A stretch of 62,134 bases of DNA, filler included, from Chiloscyllium plagiosum (taxonomy: Eukaryota): assembly GCF_004010195.1 (NCBI RefSeq). It is 5 parts of one record of this genome, joined end to end, with 100 filler letters (N's around TTAATTAATTAA, not from the genome) between each part and the next. Parts side by side here need not be neighbours in the genome. Positions count along the whole stretch, not along the records: positions 1 to 17,284 come from NC_057716.1; positions 17,385 to 29,135 come from NC_057716.1; 3 more parts are not named here. The stretch is one strand, 5' to 3'. Position 1 is the stretch's first letter. The number at the start of each line of letters is the position of its first letter. The position numbers and the translations under genes were made by a program. The notes under the pieces were generated by a model that made no database searches, was not told the origin of the DNA, and saw only the letters and a program-made list of their open reading frames with translations. This document shows positions 12,545 to 26,214 of the stretch, in pieces.

Positions 12545-13545
12545 GATTCATATAGGAGGAATAATTAGTAACTTTGCAGATGAGACCTAAATTGAAGGTG
12601 TAGTGGACAGTGAAGAACAATGGGACCTGGATCAGATGAGCCAATGGGCTGATGACTGGCAGATGGAGTTTAAGTTAAATAAATGTGAGTTGTTTCATTT
12701 TGGTGAGGCAGATCAGGGCAGAACTTATACAGTTAATGGTAGGATTCTGGGGAGTGACCTTGGGGTGCAAAATCATTGTTCCTTGAAGATGGAGTTGCAG
12801 GTAGACAGGGCAGTGAAGAAGGCATTTGGTACTCTTTCCTTTATTGATGAGTGCATTGAGTCTAGGAGTTGGGATGTCATGTTGTGGCTGTACAGGACAT
12901 TGGTTAAGCCACTTTTGGAATACTGTGTGCAATTCTGGTCAACGTGCTATTGGAATGATGTTGTTAAATTGAAAGGGTTCAGAAAAGATTTACAAGCATG
13001 TTGCCAGAATTGGAGGGTTTGAGATATAGGGAGAGGCTGAATTGGCTGGAGTTATTTTCCCTGAAGCGTCATTCCTGATAAAGGGCTTATGCCTGAAACA
13101 TCTGTTCTCCTGCTCCTTGAATGCTGCCTGACCTGCTGTGCTTTTCCAGCACCACGGTCTCGACTATGAGGGGTGACCTTATAAATATTTACAAAATCAT
13201 GAGGAGCATGGATAGAATGACTAGTCAAGGCCTTTTTTCCCCAGGTTGGGAGAGTCCAGATCTAGAGGGCATGGGTTTAAGATGATAGCGGAAAAATTTA
13301 AAAGGGACCTAAGGGACAACCTTTTCCACACATTAGGTGGTATATTCATGGAATGAGCTGCCAGAAGAAGTGGTGGAGGTTGGTTCAATTATAATACTAA
13401 AAAGGTACATGATGGGTACATGAATAGCAAGGGTTTAGAGAGATATGGGCCAGATGCTGGCAAATGGGATTAGATTAATTTAGGATATCTGATCGGCATG
13501 GATGAGTATGACTGAAGGGTCTGCTTCCTGTACAACTCTACGACT
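12545..13545 (+). mobile_element. CR1 LINE, RT C-terminus and 3' UTR (decayed)
   Basis: ORF 12603-13022 WADDWQMEFKLNKCELFHFG...[18 protein letters not shown]. Confidence 0.9.
13070..13165 (+). mobile_element. Penelope family A terminal fragment with decayed hammerhead, inserted in CR1
   Basis: cattcCTGATAAagggcttatgcctGAAAcatc...gctgcctgacctgctgtgcttttccagc interrupts CR1 just before atgaggggtgacctt. Confidence 0.8.
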
Positions 13546-14099
13546 TATTTATCTGGAGTCTCCTTTTTCCTGTTATTCAGTCAACCTCTATCTATAATAT
13601 TACTTTTAAAATAATACATCAATTATAAAGAAATCAATTTTAATATTCATGGATAGTATGTACTATCAGCCCATAAGACCTGTGAGCATGATAGCAGAAC
13701 CAACAGGTAGGAAGTTAAGATAGGATGTCAATGTGATCAGACAGCAACTGCTCTCTGGGAAGAACAAGGAAGGTACATTGCCAAGAATCTACGGATGTAA
13801 TGCAGGTTAAAAAAATCCAGGATTACAGCAGGGATTGTGAATTGAACGGTCTGTTTCTGTGCTGTACATCTCTATATCTCTATGACTCTATGGCTCTGCT
13901 CTGCTTCAGTTTTGCCAAAGCTGATCAGAAAGCATTCAGCTAAAGATTCTCTGGGAATCTGAGATTAAAATGAACCTAGGTAAGAAGATTGTAAATGGTT
14001 TGGATAGTGACTGCCTCAAGGGAAGTCAGAGGACTGGAGCTCTTGCTGCTGGCACTCCCAAAAGAGCACAAGATTTAAAAAAAAATTGTTTGGGTTGAT

Positions 14100-14540
14100 C
14101 AGCCCTGTTTCAATTGGTAATATTCCATCATTTGAACCAGAAGGTTGTGGTTTTTAAGTATTACTTTAGGATTGGAAGACAGGAAAAGAAATAAGCTGAT
14201 GCTCCAATGCAGCGCTATTGGAGATGATATGTTGTAGATGAGATATTAAAACAAGGTCTGCCTGTCTTCTTGGGTGGATGCAAGGAATCCCAATCTGAAG
14301 AGAACTAAGGGAGGAACACCTGGTTTTCTAGTCCATATTTATTCCTCAATCAAAATCATAAAAAACAGATTATTTCCTCATTATCACACTGCTTTTTGTA
14401 TACATTGCTGCCCACAGATGGCCACCACATTTCTTCTAGCATTAATTTCATGTCAAAATTACTTCACTATTTGCAAAGCACTTTTACCCTTCCCAGGGGT
14501 CATGTAAGAAGCTATACAAATACAAGTCTCTTTCTTTTCT
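14100..14540 (+). mobile_element. ancient Deu-domain SINE (SacSINE1-like), decayed
   Basis: Deu-like blocks (gatgagatattaaa, gtggatgcaagg, atatttattcctcaatcaa, cagattat...cattatcacact) and tail gctatacaaatacaagtctctttc. Confidence 0.65.
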
Positions 14541-15779
14541 CGTAGCAAAAAGTCACTTAAATAATGCAACACTACAGAAACATTCATGGCACATTCAGGA
14601 AACCCATCTCCCACATATCCAGTTCATGTCCAATGTCAAATGTTACCCTGGTTGATCTGCAGTATGATGTAATGTGATTCATGTATAATATGATTCAAAG
14701 CTGAATAATAACTGAAGGAAAGGAAAAGATCATATTATAAGTCCAAATTTAGCTTAGCCCATTGTTGTATTCATTCAGGCTTGAGTTGCAGCTTGTTTGT
14801 TTGTAACACAATTTTTACTATGTGTGCACCATTACAGTGCAGTTGAAAAGATTTTCTTTGGACTTGCCTGAGGCTGTGAAACAGGAGATTCACTTCAGGA
14901 TGAGTTTAAAGTGAAGCTCAGCAGTCAGAACATGAAATGGGCTGAGGAAGAGCTCTCCCTCCATGTAAACAGTGTGTGATCATGTTAACATTGGGATTGC
15001 AGGAAATGAATGCCATCTCAAGAGGCATGATGATAGGGCTTAAGCCACATTTCTACTGAAGCCTTATTCAAGGATTTTGCTGCAACATGCAGTAAGACTT
15101 TTCTGATCATTCCATTCCTCCAGGGATAAAAGTCTGTTCAGTTCAGAATCACTCCAAGTTTTGCATGTACTCTAATCCCAGTGTTGTGACTAGTTGACTG
15201 CTTTGATTTTGACTTATATGTAAGTATTTTGACAGAATTAATGGCCCCTTTTTCACACACTCTTACTCATCAGTGGAATAGAAATTGAAGTGAAGGGACA
15301 ACTGTATTGCTATAAAGAGAGACAAGTTACCAAAGTGTTTTGTTTGGCACTTGTCAGAACAAATGCAAGGACATGAAATTTCAAACAATCAAAACCATTT
15401 GTAAGACAGGAGTAAGGCAGCTGATTGTTTGACAAGTTGAATCTGATTGGCTGATGTGTTGCCATAGAGAAAATAAAGGAAAACTATAGGCTCCCCAAAC
15501 TACTGGATATTTCAGGAAAAAGTACAAGTTTTGAATATATTTCTTTCCTTTGCACAGAATAGATCACTGTGTATGAATGTATTTCACTTTTAGCAAGTGT
15601 AAATGAGCCAGGTTGTAATCTCAGTTGATGAACTTCAGCGATGTTATGATGTCAGGTATTTAAGGCAAATGTCCCTGGTCGAATAAAGCACCATGCTCCT
15701 TTAGCTATTCATTCAAGGCAGTGAATAGACTACACCCAGTCAGCACATTCTTGAAAAATATTTTTGGATGTGATTCCAC

Positions 15780-16320
15780 AACTGAAATATATAAGCTCAT
15801 GCATGGTCTTGAAAAGGTGGTTGTGGAAAGGATGGTTCTTCTTGTGGCTCAGTCCAGAATTGGGAACATTAGGGGGTTACTCCTTTTGGACAGAGATGAG
15901 AATTTCTTTTCTCTCAGTGTTGCACAATTTGGAACTCTCTGCCTCAGGAGGCAATGGAGATGGGGGTCACGCAATATTTTTAAGATGTGCGGATGCTGGT
16001 GTTGGACCGGGGTGGATAAGATCAAAATCAAATGACACCAGGTTGGAGTCCAACAGGTTTATTTGAAATTGCAAGCTTTCAGAGCTTTGCTCCTTCCTTC
16101 GGCATGGTATGAAACCACACCTGATGCCTTTTGATTTTCAACAATATTTTTAACATGGAGCGAAGTAGATTCTTTTCAGATAACAGAATCAAAGGTTACC
16201 AAGGGGAGATGGGAATGTGTCATGTGAAATACAACAGATCATCCATGATCTTATTTCAGTGTGAAGCAGGCTCAAGGGGCTGAACAGTCCACTTCTGCTC
16301 CAATTTCATGTGCCTGCATG
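15780..16320 (+). mobile_element. old CR1 3' fragment containing a PLE family B insertion (15988-16141)
   Basis: EIYKLMHGLEKV-like CR1 remnant; insertion flanked by CAATATTTTTAA at 15972-15983 and 16142-16153. Confidence 0.65.
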
Positions 16321-16897
16321 TTTTTAAAATGGGCCATTCTTGCTGAACAACGCAAGTGTGCTAATGGTTACACTAATAACCCATTCAAAATAATCATAAA
16401 ACGACGCCTTAATTAGGTCAAAGGGTATATCATTCCACAATGTCCTGTACCATTTGCACTCACCTTCCCCACTGTCTAACTTCAAGCTCAGCAAACTCTC
16501 CAACCTCCACCCACACATCAACACACCTCCTTCTGGCACCTGGTGCCTCCAGCTCTGCTTGCAACCAACTCCTTGACCTGTTCTTCAATCTTCTCCCCGC
16601 AATTCGTTCTCTGTTTCATATCCCAAGCTCTTCTTTTCCATACTGACAGGATTAAGAAACTGGTGGAGGGGAGGGCAGGAGCATTTGCTGAAGGACGGGG
16701 TGAGTAGTTCTAAATGAGATGTGGCTGAGCAGTACCTGGGTACTAAGGTTTGAAGTTGAATAAAGGAGCACTTGCAAAGGCCTGTGAAACCCAAAAGACG
16801 TTTAAACATCTAACAACAATAATAACTACTAAACACAGCACTGATCTAGAATACAGTACTGAAGTATTGGTGGATCACAAAGGGTATGGATTTAGAG

Positions 16898-17284
16898 CAT
16901 AGAACATAGAACATTACAGCGCAGTACAGGCCCTTTGGCCCTCGATGTTGCGCTGCCCTGTCATACTAATCTGAAGCCCATCCACCTACACTATTCCATG
17001 TACGTCCATATGCCCGTCCAATGACGACTTAAATGCACTTAAACTTAGCGAATCTACTACCGTTGCAGGCAAAGCATTCCATACCCTGACTACTCTCTGA
17101 GTAAAGAAACTACCTCTGACATCTGTCTTATACCTATCTCCCCTCACTTTAAAGTTGTGTCCCCTCGTGTTTGCTGTCCCCATACTTGGAAAAAGGCTCT
17201 CCCTGTCCACCCTATCTAACCCTCTGATTATCTTGTATGTCTCTATTAAGTTACCTCTCAACCTTCTTCTCTCTAACAAGAACA
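16898..17284 (-). mobile_element. young CR1 LINE 3' end
   Basis: ORF 16986-17279 LERRRLRGNLIETYKIIRGLDRV...FFTQRVVRVWNALP; (catagaa)n tail; runs into gap. Confidence 0.95.
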
Positions 17285-17384
17285 NNNNNNNNNNNNNNNN
17301 NNNNNNNNNNNNNNNNNNNNNNNNNNNNTTAATTAATTAANNNNNNNNNNNNNNNNNNNNNNNNNNNNNNNNNNNNNNNNNNNN
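17285..17384. other. artificial gap spacer N44-TTAATTAATTAA-N44
   Basis: Exactly 100 nt; palindromic 12-mer with stop codons in all six frames. Confidence 0.97.
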
Positions 17385-17545
17385 TACTCTATCCCCACCC
17401 CCACCCTCCTCTAGCTTATCTCTCCATGCTTCAGGCTCTCTGCCTTTATTCCTGATGAAGGGCTTTTGCCCGAAACGTCGATTTCGAAGCTTTTCGGATG
17501 CTGCCTGAATTGCTGTGTTCTTCCAGCACCACTGATCCAGTATTT
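17385..17545 (+). mobile_element. Penelope pseudo-LTR fragment (family A)
   Basis: Near-identical to 51320-51480 and to the reverse complement of 50700-50877. Confidence 0.85.
17447..17484 (+). ncRNA. minimal type-I hammerhead ribozyme
   Basis: CUGAUGA (17452-17458)-A-GGGC-UUUU-GCCC-GAAA-CGUC, predicted cleavage after 17479; stem I short and imperfect. Confidence 0.8.
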
Positions 17546-18019
17546 TAATCGTTACTGGCTCCATTGTTGGTGTGGACACTTTGAATATTTCCAAATGCAC
17601 ACGTATGTACACATGTGCATACACAAATTTTGCACGGAATTGTAACCTCATCTGTACGTAATCTTCATAAATTTCATTCAGAAAGTCTCAGAGGAATAGC
17701 AAATCATAGGAGAACACAGTACCAAATTGAAAACTAAGGAAAAAGATCAGCTACCTGGTACTGGAAGTCTTTGATTGATGGGCCATTAACAACAAATAAT
17801 ACTTTTCTATCAGCTTCAATGGGCTCCACTGGAGCTGTGGTAGTTTGTTTTGATAGCTGAGTTCATTATGAATATTTTGGCTGAGTTGTAAGAGCTGAGA
17901 AACCTCTTATCTCAGCAGAGTGGTGTGCACACTGTTTGACTATTTTATGAGCGTATTACAGGTTATTTCTCTTTCATATGGCTTATGAATGGATGTTTGC
18001 TTGTTTTTACAATTGATTG

Positions 18020-18225
18020 ATTTTTTTTCGAATCCCTACAGTGTGGAAACAGGCCCTTTGCCCCAACAGGTCCACACCAACCCTCTGAAGAGGATCCCAC
18101 CCAGACCCATTCCTTTACTCCATTACTCTGTATATCCCCTGGCTAGTGCACCTAAACTACACATCCCTGAACACTAGGGGCAGTTTAGCTTGGCCAATTC
18201 ACCTAACCTGCACATCTTTGGATTT
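18020..18225 (-). mobile_element. V-SINE 3' half
   Basis: aatccctacagtgtggaaacaggccc...ggccaattcacctaacctgcacatctttgga. Confidence 0.85.
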
Positions 18226-18639
18226 GAAGTGATTAAATTATTTAAATAGTTCACAAGCTTATTTTAGTATGGTGTGTGTCCGAGTGCCAGATTTATTAAA
18301 CTTTTAGAAGTTAATTTCTTTTTCATATTCATTTCAAGCCTTCCCACTGAGAGTGCATGGTACATAACATCTGTCTCTAGTTCGTAGTAACTACATATCT
18401 TTAGAGGATCCATGGGAGCATAAAGGGATATAAGGGTTCATTGGGGATATTCAAGTGAATTAGGTGGCATAGAGGATACATGGGAACGTGTGGGGCTTGG
18501 GATGTGTGAAAAAGCATAGGAGTTATGAGGACCCATCAAGAAAGGACTGTTAGAATGTGAAGAATAGACGATATGTGGAGCATGGAAGGCACATGAGGAA
18601 ATATGTGCAAAGTGATTGGTGAAAGCTCAAGGGTCATTA

Positions 18640-19030
18640 CAGCTGAGCTGATGCCCTAGTCAATGATGAGAACAAAGAGACATAAGATAGAAAAAGAAAA
18701 TCGAAGAAGCTGACTGAAAGAAGATATTAAGAGTGATAGCAAAGAATTTGTTTGAAGAGACGGGTTTTAAGGATAGTCTTAAGAGAGGAACGGTCCATTG
18801 TAAAGTTGAGAGAAATGCAGAAGGAATCCCAAAGCAATAGGCCTGGCTGCTGAAAGCGTGGCTGCCAACTGAGAGGTGGACAAGAAAATGGAGTGTATAA
18901 ATGGCTGGAATCAAAGGGACAGAGATTTCAATAGGACATGCGATGTATGGCTGGAGAATGTTACAGATGGGACAGGGCAAAAAGGAAAACTTTAACCTTG
19001 AGACATTGTGTAATGAAAGGTCAAAGTAGA
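18640..19030 (-). mobile_element. old L2-like LINE 3' fragment
   Basis: L2-type motifs on the opposite strand (gggttttaagga, ggcctggctgctgaaagc, tatggctggagaatgttacagat); highly decayed. Confidence 0.5.
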
Positions 19031-21301
19031 TCATATTTAAGAAGATGGAATATAGGTTCAAATCACCCTGCTGCCTGTACTATTATTAAATGTTTCAGGA
19101 ATACTTTGCTGTTTTTTTATTTCTCACTTTTCATGATTTTTCCTGAATTTCTGAAAATGCACAGTAGCCTTTAGGGAAATTTACCTAACTAGAACATCAC
19201 AATTAAATATTTGAAAGCTGAACAGCAATTTTTCCTTTTCTATACAATCAGAGAATGAAACTATGAAGGGAACTGAAAACACAGACAAACAGCTAGCACA
19301 GACAGCCTGAATGAAACAGAATCAGAAAGGTTGGGAACAAACAACTTCCGGTCAATGTCCGCCAAATAGAATGTTTACCGGGCTTGCCACACAGTTTATA
19401 GGAATGTAAGAAGTTTGATCAGTAAGATTGCAAATGTCATGAGTATTGGTGGTGTGGAAAATAGCAAGGAGAAAAGCAAGGAGTGGGCTACAGGGCAATA
19501 TAGATGGGCTGAATAGTGGCAAATTAAATTTAATCCTGAAAAGTGAGGTGATACATTTTAGGAGGACTAATTAGGCAAGAGAGTACACATTGAATGGTAG
19601 GACCTGAGAAAGAAGAAGATCAGAGGGACCTTGCAGATTTTTGAAGGTAGCAAAAATGATTAATTTCTAAGGGATTGCAACAATAGTATGTTACAGTATT
19701 CACTACTTGCATTCTCTTTAACAATGCACTTGCAGGGATGAAAGACTGAGTTGTATATTCATCTCCTCTTCTCTACATGCAGTAGTAGTATATAAATGAG
19801 AAGGTTGAATAGCAACAATTAATAAAATACTTACATTGGCTGTTTAAAGAGCAAACGATTGCTAAACTCAAATTGTTTCAATGTATTAGATTGCTTCAGT
19901 GCTTATCTCAAGTGGTATCTTCCACCTGTAACACTTCACAGCAGCAAAGGATAAAACACTGTACATTTCTAATGCTGAACAGTACTGAACAAGACAAATA
20001 TGTGGAACCATAAAATTCTTAGTTCCCAGCATGTATCCCCAAACTTGTGATTACTTTTTAATAAGGGACCTTGCTTTCATCATTCAAGGGTTAAAATCGG
20101 TCAGGAGGCTAAATGGAGACAACTCATTTAATTTCAGTGACACAGAATAAAAAGTGATGATGGAGTAGTGACTTAGGACACAGACTTGACTTATGTGAAA
20201 CCTCTGATTTCTCAGCTAGAGTGCCTGATTCCCCTATGCTTGGAAGGTCTATTGATTTGGTGTAGACGGACAGCTCAAGAGGAACTGATACATTCCTTAC
20301 AGCAATTTTTTTTCATGTAGTACTGTTCAGACACCAGATTCAGCACAAACCTCACTGTTGTCTTGTACAAATTTCAACTGAATGCATTGACTTTATCCGT
20401 CTTTCTTCCTTACTGCCCTCCGGTAGTTACCATTGTAAGGCTTGCTCTAATCCTACCTTCAGCAGAGAAGCCTAAGGCCTTTATCGCTCTATTTTTGAAC
20501 TAAAAATGTTAAAAAAAGGTAGTACAAAGTTCTTTCAAGTTCTGTTGTACCAGAGGCTTGGCAGCTTCTATCAAGCTCAATTTAAAGTGTTCCAGTACAG
20601 TCTTTGTAGTTTCAACCTTTTAAGCTTATGGAGTCTGGTGGAATAATTAGATCCTTTAGTCAAAATTTCCTCATTTATCTTTAAGAGGATAATCGCAGTA
20701 TTGCTTTCAATGAATACCATAATGTATCTGTAGAAGTATATTAAAATGACCTCTATTTTTACCTGCACTTATTATCTGTCTTCCTTTTTGAAAGCAAGCC
20801 TTATGCTCAGTACTTTTGGTCTCATTAATTCATGTATTACATTTATTTGTGACATCCTTTGAGAGTTCTTTTCCACAAGGTTCAAGTGTATTTATGTGCA
20901 CAAGCTTCTGACCTCTATTTGAATCACTATTGCTTTACTTGGAGAGGCTGTTGCCTGTGGGTACCTATTTCACATGCTTTTGAAACTAAGAGAAGGCAAA
21001 AGCTGACCAACAGCATCAAAAGAGCTAACACAGCTGATCACACAAAAGCAATCCTGAATATAGGGCATTGATATGGAAAGTGAATTGGAGACTCAATATA
21101 ATTTAAGCCAGTTTACCCAACATTCTAGTACTTGTATATAGTCAAAATGTAGAAAAAAATTGTGGAAACTTTATTTCATTCAGTTAAAACATGGTCCATT
21201 ATAAATAGGCATAACACGGGCAAAGCATATTGTTAAACTATGTCATCAGTATTTTATCCTGAAGTCAAGGAAGTAATTTTAACCTGTTCTGTCTCTCTGT
21301 T

Positions 21302-21893
21302 AAGAACTTAGAACTAGGAGCAGGAGTAGGCCATCTGGCCCTTCAAGCTTGCTCCGCCATTCAATAAGATCATGGCTGATCTTTTCGTGGACTCAGATTC
21401 CACTTATCCACCCTCTCACCGTATCCCTTGACTCCTTTATTGTTAAAAACAGTCTATTTTAGCTTTAAAACTGTTTACTGAAGTAGTGTCAACTACTTCA
21501 CTGGGCAAGGAATTCCATAGATTCACAACCCTCTGGGTGAAGAAATTCCTTCTTAATTCAGTCCTAAATCTGCTCCCTTTAATCTTGAGATTATGCCCTC
21601 TTGTCCTAGTTTCACCTTCCAATAGAAACATCCTCTCTACATCAATTTTATCTATTGCCTTCATAATTGTATATGTTTCGACAAGATCCCCCCTCATTCT
21701 TCTGAATCCCAGTCTACTCCGCCTCTCCTCATAAGCCAACCCCCTCAACTCTGGAATCAACCTAGGGAACCTCCTCTGCATCCCTCTAGTGCCAGTACAT
21801 CCTTTTTCAAGTAAGGAGACCAAGACTGCACATAGTACTCCAGGTGTAGCCTCACCAGCACCCTATACAGCTGCAAAATAACCTCCTTGCTTT
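21302..21893 (-). mobile_element. CR1 LINE 3' end
   Basis: ORF 21443-21823 QRRFPRLIPELRGLAYEER...FFTQRVVNLWNSLP; tail agaactaggagcaggagtaggcc. Confidence 0.9.
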
Positions 21894-22834
21894 TCCTTTC
21901 ATATTACAGAGCTTTGCCTCCTCAGTTCATGCTTGAATTCTCTAAAATTAATTTTTTTAATGATTATTATTATACTTCTCTCTTCTGAAATGTTTTCTCA
22001 TTTATCCTTTCCATGTCCTGTGCCTGCCCTCTGTTGCTTCCCTTTTCCAATCCATTTTGTGTTTATACTGTTCTCCTGGTTTCAGTTGAAGATGTCTCTC
22101 ACACAGTCCATGCTTCCTGGTTCATGTTGGTTCTCTGCTCCACTTTCATCACAATATTCCTATCGGCTCTTAACTGGATGCCATTTTGGTGATTGGAATT
22201 TTGCTGTGAGGCCTTTCTTAGTCTTGCAATACAAGCACTGAGAACCTCTTGTTCACTGGAGATTTTCATTTTGTGGTGCAATATCAGCAAGAAATAAGAA
22301 GTAGCATTCAGAATCTGAGCGAGAAAAAAGATTGCTTTCAACTATGAACGTAAACAGCCAGATGTTGGCTTTAAACATGAAGAAACTGCATGCAATACGA
22401 ACTGATGACAAGTACACTATTTGATGTGTGATCTGTTGGTTTCTTTGGGTATTTGCACGGAAATGGGAAGATTCCGCTGGACTTGACTAGATCATAAAAG
22501 TTAAATTAAATTGAGCTATTTAGTGATTGCCTATGGAACATCGTCCTCCTAAGGAACTAGTTAAGTGCTTAAAATCTTGGTTTACCCATTTTTGCCTATG
22601 AATTGAATGGGAACTTATGCAATGTGCACCATACGTACCAGGTACTTACCTAAGGACGTATTTTATGAACCAAATCTCATTTATCTAATGTTGAAGGCAT
22701 CTTTCACTGCTGGTCAATCAGAACCTTTTCTTTTTCTGGCTCTGGGGTAAAGAATAAAATGCCAAACTGCCCCCATTTCCTTTGTGGCTCTCGCACTGAT
22801 TGACAATAAAGCATCACTAGCAGATACCTTAGGA

Positions 22835-23310
22835 TCATAGGAACAGGAGTAGGCCATTCAGCCCCTCAAATCTGTTCTGCCATTCAATGAGATCATGGCT
22901 GGTCTGTGGCCTAACTCCATTTATGTCCCTTTGACCTGTATTTCTTAACACCTTTGCTTAACAGAAAAGATTGATCCCAAATTTAAAATTACAACTGATC
23001 CAGCAAACTGTCATTTGTGGAAGAAAGTTTCAAACCTCTATCTCTGTTTGTGTGTGGAAGTGCTTCCTAATATCTCTCCTGAATGGTCTGGCTCCAGTTC
23101 TCAGGCTGTGACTCCTAGTTCAAAAATCACCAACCTGTGGTACTAGTTTCTTTATCTACTTTGTCTTTTCTGGTTAAGATCTTGAAGATTTCAATCAAAA
23201 CCTTTTAAATTCGAGAGAAAACAGGCTTAATTTGTGTAATATCTCCTCATAACTTAACCTTGAAGTCAATGAATTATTTTGTAAACCTATATTGTACTCC
23301 CTCTAAGGCC
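22835..23310 (-). mobile_element. old CR1 3' end
   Basis: Tail ggaacaggagtaggccattcagcccctc...gatcatggctg followed by decayed body. Confidence 0.7.
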
Positions 23311-23502
23311 GGGTCTATGTACACGGGTGAGCGTACCAGTGCCATTCCCAGAATTGACTTCTGGCTTCAGAACATAATACCCTGCATGGTTCTCAGAGGT
23401 CTCCGCAGAAGGAAACAAAAAGAAAGGAGCACCGGTCCCTTTATAGATCAAAGTTTTACAACCAATGCCGTTTCACCTATTAAGCTGCCATCCTCTATTC
23501 CC

Positions 23503-23539
23503 TCCCCCCCCCCCCCCACGACCCCCCCCCCCCCCCCCT
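23503..23539. repeat. paired poly-C tracts (poly-G on the minus strand)
   Basis: Two long C runs separated by ACGA. Confidence 0.9.
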
Positions 23540-23689
23540 CCAAAGTCTCTTCTACTGTCTTTAGCATCATTATGCCAAACAGAACAATAGTACTGAGGTC
23601 AACATTGTTTAGCTACATCATAATTTGATATCATCTTTACACAGTCTTCATATTGCTAATGATGTTCAGTCAGAAGTTACAGATACAAG

Positions 23690-24150
23690 CATTAGAACTA
23701 CTAGCAGGAGTAGGTAATATAGCTTTTTGAAACTGCTCTGCCACTTCATTAGATCAAAGCTGATCCTCAAACTCAACTCCATCTAGAAGGTAATCTTACC
23801 TATTGTTTCTCAGTCCAAAATAGATAACCTCACTCTTGTTTACACAGAACTCCATCTCTCAGGGTTTTGCCTATTCACTTACTTTACCAATATCTCTTGT
23901 AATGTTATGCTATCATCTACATTGTCTACTGCCTAACTTTGTGTCATCAGTAATTTTGGATATATGATCTTCTTTGTTATTACCCAAGTTGTTAATAAAT
24001 AATGTGAATAACTGCGCCTAAAGCAGATCCTTGTGGGACACCACTGGTCACATGCTGTCAATTTGAGTACCTACCCATTATCACTACTGTTTGTCACCTG
24101 ACATTCAATCAATTTCCAAGCCATGAAAGTAATTTTGTCTCATTTTCATG
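23690..24150 (-). mobile_element. old CR1 fragments
   Basis: Tail agcaggagtagg...; RT remnant tttgtgtcatcagtaattt, gatccttgtgggacaccact (GVPQGS on the minus strand). Confidence 0.65.
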
Positions 24151-24489
24151 GTTTCTACCTACATTAACATTTGACAGTATTACTCTACGGGTTAAAGAAG
24201 GAAGGGTGGCAGCTTGAAGAGAAACTTTTTAAAAATATTTAATTGAAAAATTTTAAAAATTGAATTAATGATCAAATTACTTCCAATCTAAACATTCTAA
24301 ATTCATATCTTTGTGCTCTGAGATGTACGTCATAGTTGGAGGTCTTTTTTTTTGACAGTTTTCAGCTTGTTGCCAGCTGGACGATTAGAAAATAGACTGG
24401 TCGAAAATAACTTCAAATTTGTTTTAAGCTTACTTAATTGATGTCCACTGGAAATTTGTAACACAAATATCATATTTCTAATTCAAAAG

Positions 24490-24870
24490 ATTATGGCTTC
24501 AAACCTTACTCAAGGACATAACTTTGGCTGACATTTTAGGGCAACACTGAGGGAATAATGCATTATGAGAGTTGCAGTCTTTTATACAAGACAGGCAACA
24601 TTTTGTTCAGTTATGTGACACAATGTGAAGAGCAGAAGAATCTTTTGCTGGCTCATTTAACAATTATCCCCAACTAACATAAATTGAAACAGACCAGTTT
24701 TCCATATATTTAATTTCCTCTTTTTAAGGTTTCACTGTGAGTAAATTGGCTGCAGCATATTCTACATTTCAAAAGGGTTTCCACTTTGAAAATTCTTAAT
24801 TAGCTATGAAACATTTTTGAACATGCTGAGATGTAAAAAGCATTACCGAACTGCACCATCATGCTTTACT
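24490..24870 (+). mobile_element. ancient Deu-domain SINE, decayed
   Basis: ggctgacatt...actgaggga...gaagagcag...aaattggctgc, colinear with 14100-14540. Confidence 0.55.
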
Positions 24871-26214
24871 ACATAAAGAGTTATTAACAAGGAAACTGGG
24901 GTAAGTAGATAATGTGAATCAATCAAGTGGTGACTAGGTATGTTTCCAGTGACAGAAGGAGAAATTCATGTAACAAGAAGCCAAAATAACGGAGAAGGTA
25001 CAACTGCGATCAATTAAAACAGAAAATACTTCACCAGTTCGTAATAACAGTTCTATCTTTAACATTTAATATAAAAGAATAAATTAGAAGTGAATAGAAG
25101 GCACAAAATAAATTTAAACCATTTGTTTTAAAGAACTTTTTTTGTAATTTCTGGTTGATTGAGAACATATAGCTCCCTGAAGGAGCACCTGCGGCTATGG
25201 TGACGAAAGGTGCCTAGACTCCAGGACTGTTAGACAGCGATATGTGTGGCATGTTTAACATTCGACTCACATAAAACTATAAACCAATTTTCAATTGTTA
25301 TCCTCATCTATAAACAGCTATTTTCTCATATAAATAGTCAGCTACACTGTGTTTACAATAATTTTCATAAAAGTCAAGGAGAACAAACTTGGCAAAGCCA
25401 TTGTATACTCGAGAAATCCATTTGGATTCCATTACTTCTGTCCTCAGTTAATAGTATGATCTTGACAGAAGCATGAGGAGAGTACCTGTGTACCTCTTAA
25501 GAGACTGGTACTTACTGGAAAAATATTGTGACATTCAAAATTCACCTCTCTTGATTTATTAAACAAAAACATGAAATAATGGAAAAAAGAAAGCAAAAAT
25601 AATCCTGAATCAGAATTGTAAATGATTTAGAAATGTAGAAACATAGAACATTACAGCACAGTACAGGCCCTTCGGCCTCGATGTTGCACTGATCTATAAA
25701 AACAATTTATATAAATAACAGTAATGAACGCAGTCAAATCTATTCCATATTGTACAACATTGAATTATTGAGCAATTTTGAGCTTGGAGGGAAGTTAATG
25801 TTAACTATGTAAGGGTAGTGCACAAGGCACAGGATAGCATTGAATTACGGTGTTAGAGGCAAACCAACTGTAAAAGATTGACTGAACAGCTGCCTTCTTC
25901 AGCCAATGAGGTCAGCATTGGCTAGCGACATCATAATTTAACATCATCTATACAGCGTTTTGTAGGACTGGACTGCTGATGATATTCAGTCAAATGTTAC
26001 AGAAACAAACATTAGGAATAGTAGCAGGAGTAAATCAGACAGTCCTTTGAGACTGCTTTGCCATTTACTAAGATCGTAGTTGACCCTCAAACTCAACTCC
26101 AATTTCTCACCAGTTCTTCCCTATCTCTTGATTCCTTTGGCTTCCAAGTTCCTCTGCTTTATATTGAATGTACTCAATGACTGAGTTTGTACAGTCCTTT
26201 GGAGTAGAATGTCA

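Noticed and set aside
15325..15365. Possible decayed hammerhead on the minus strand (CTGACAAGTGC...CAAAA)
   Set aside because: Both core boxes are mutated and stem II is unpaired; cannot be supported without a consensus
25176..25215. CTGAAGGAGCACC...GGTGACGAAAGG hammerhead-like motif
   Set aside because: Core deviates from CUGANGA and there is no NUH site or stem I
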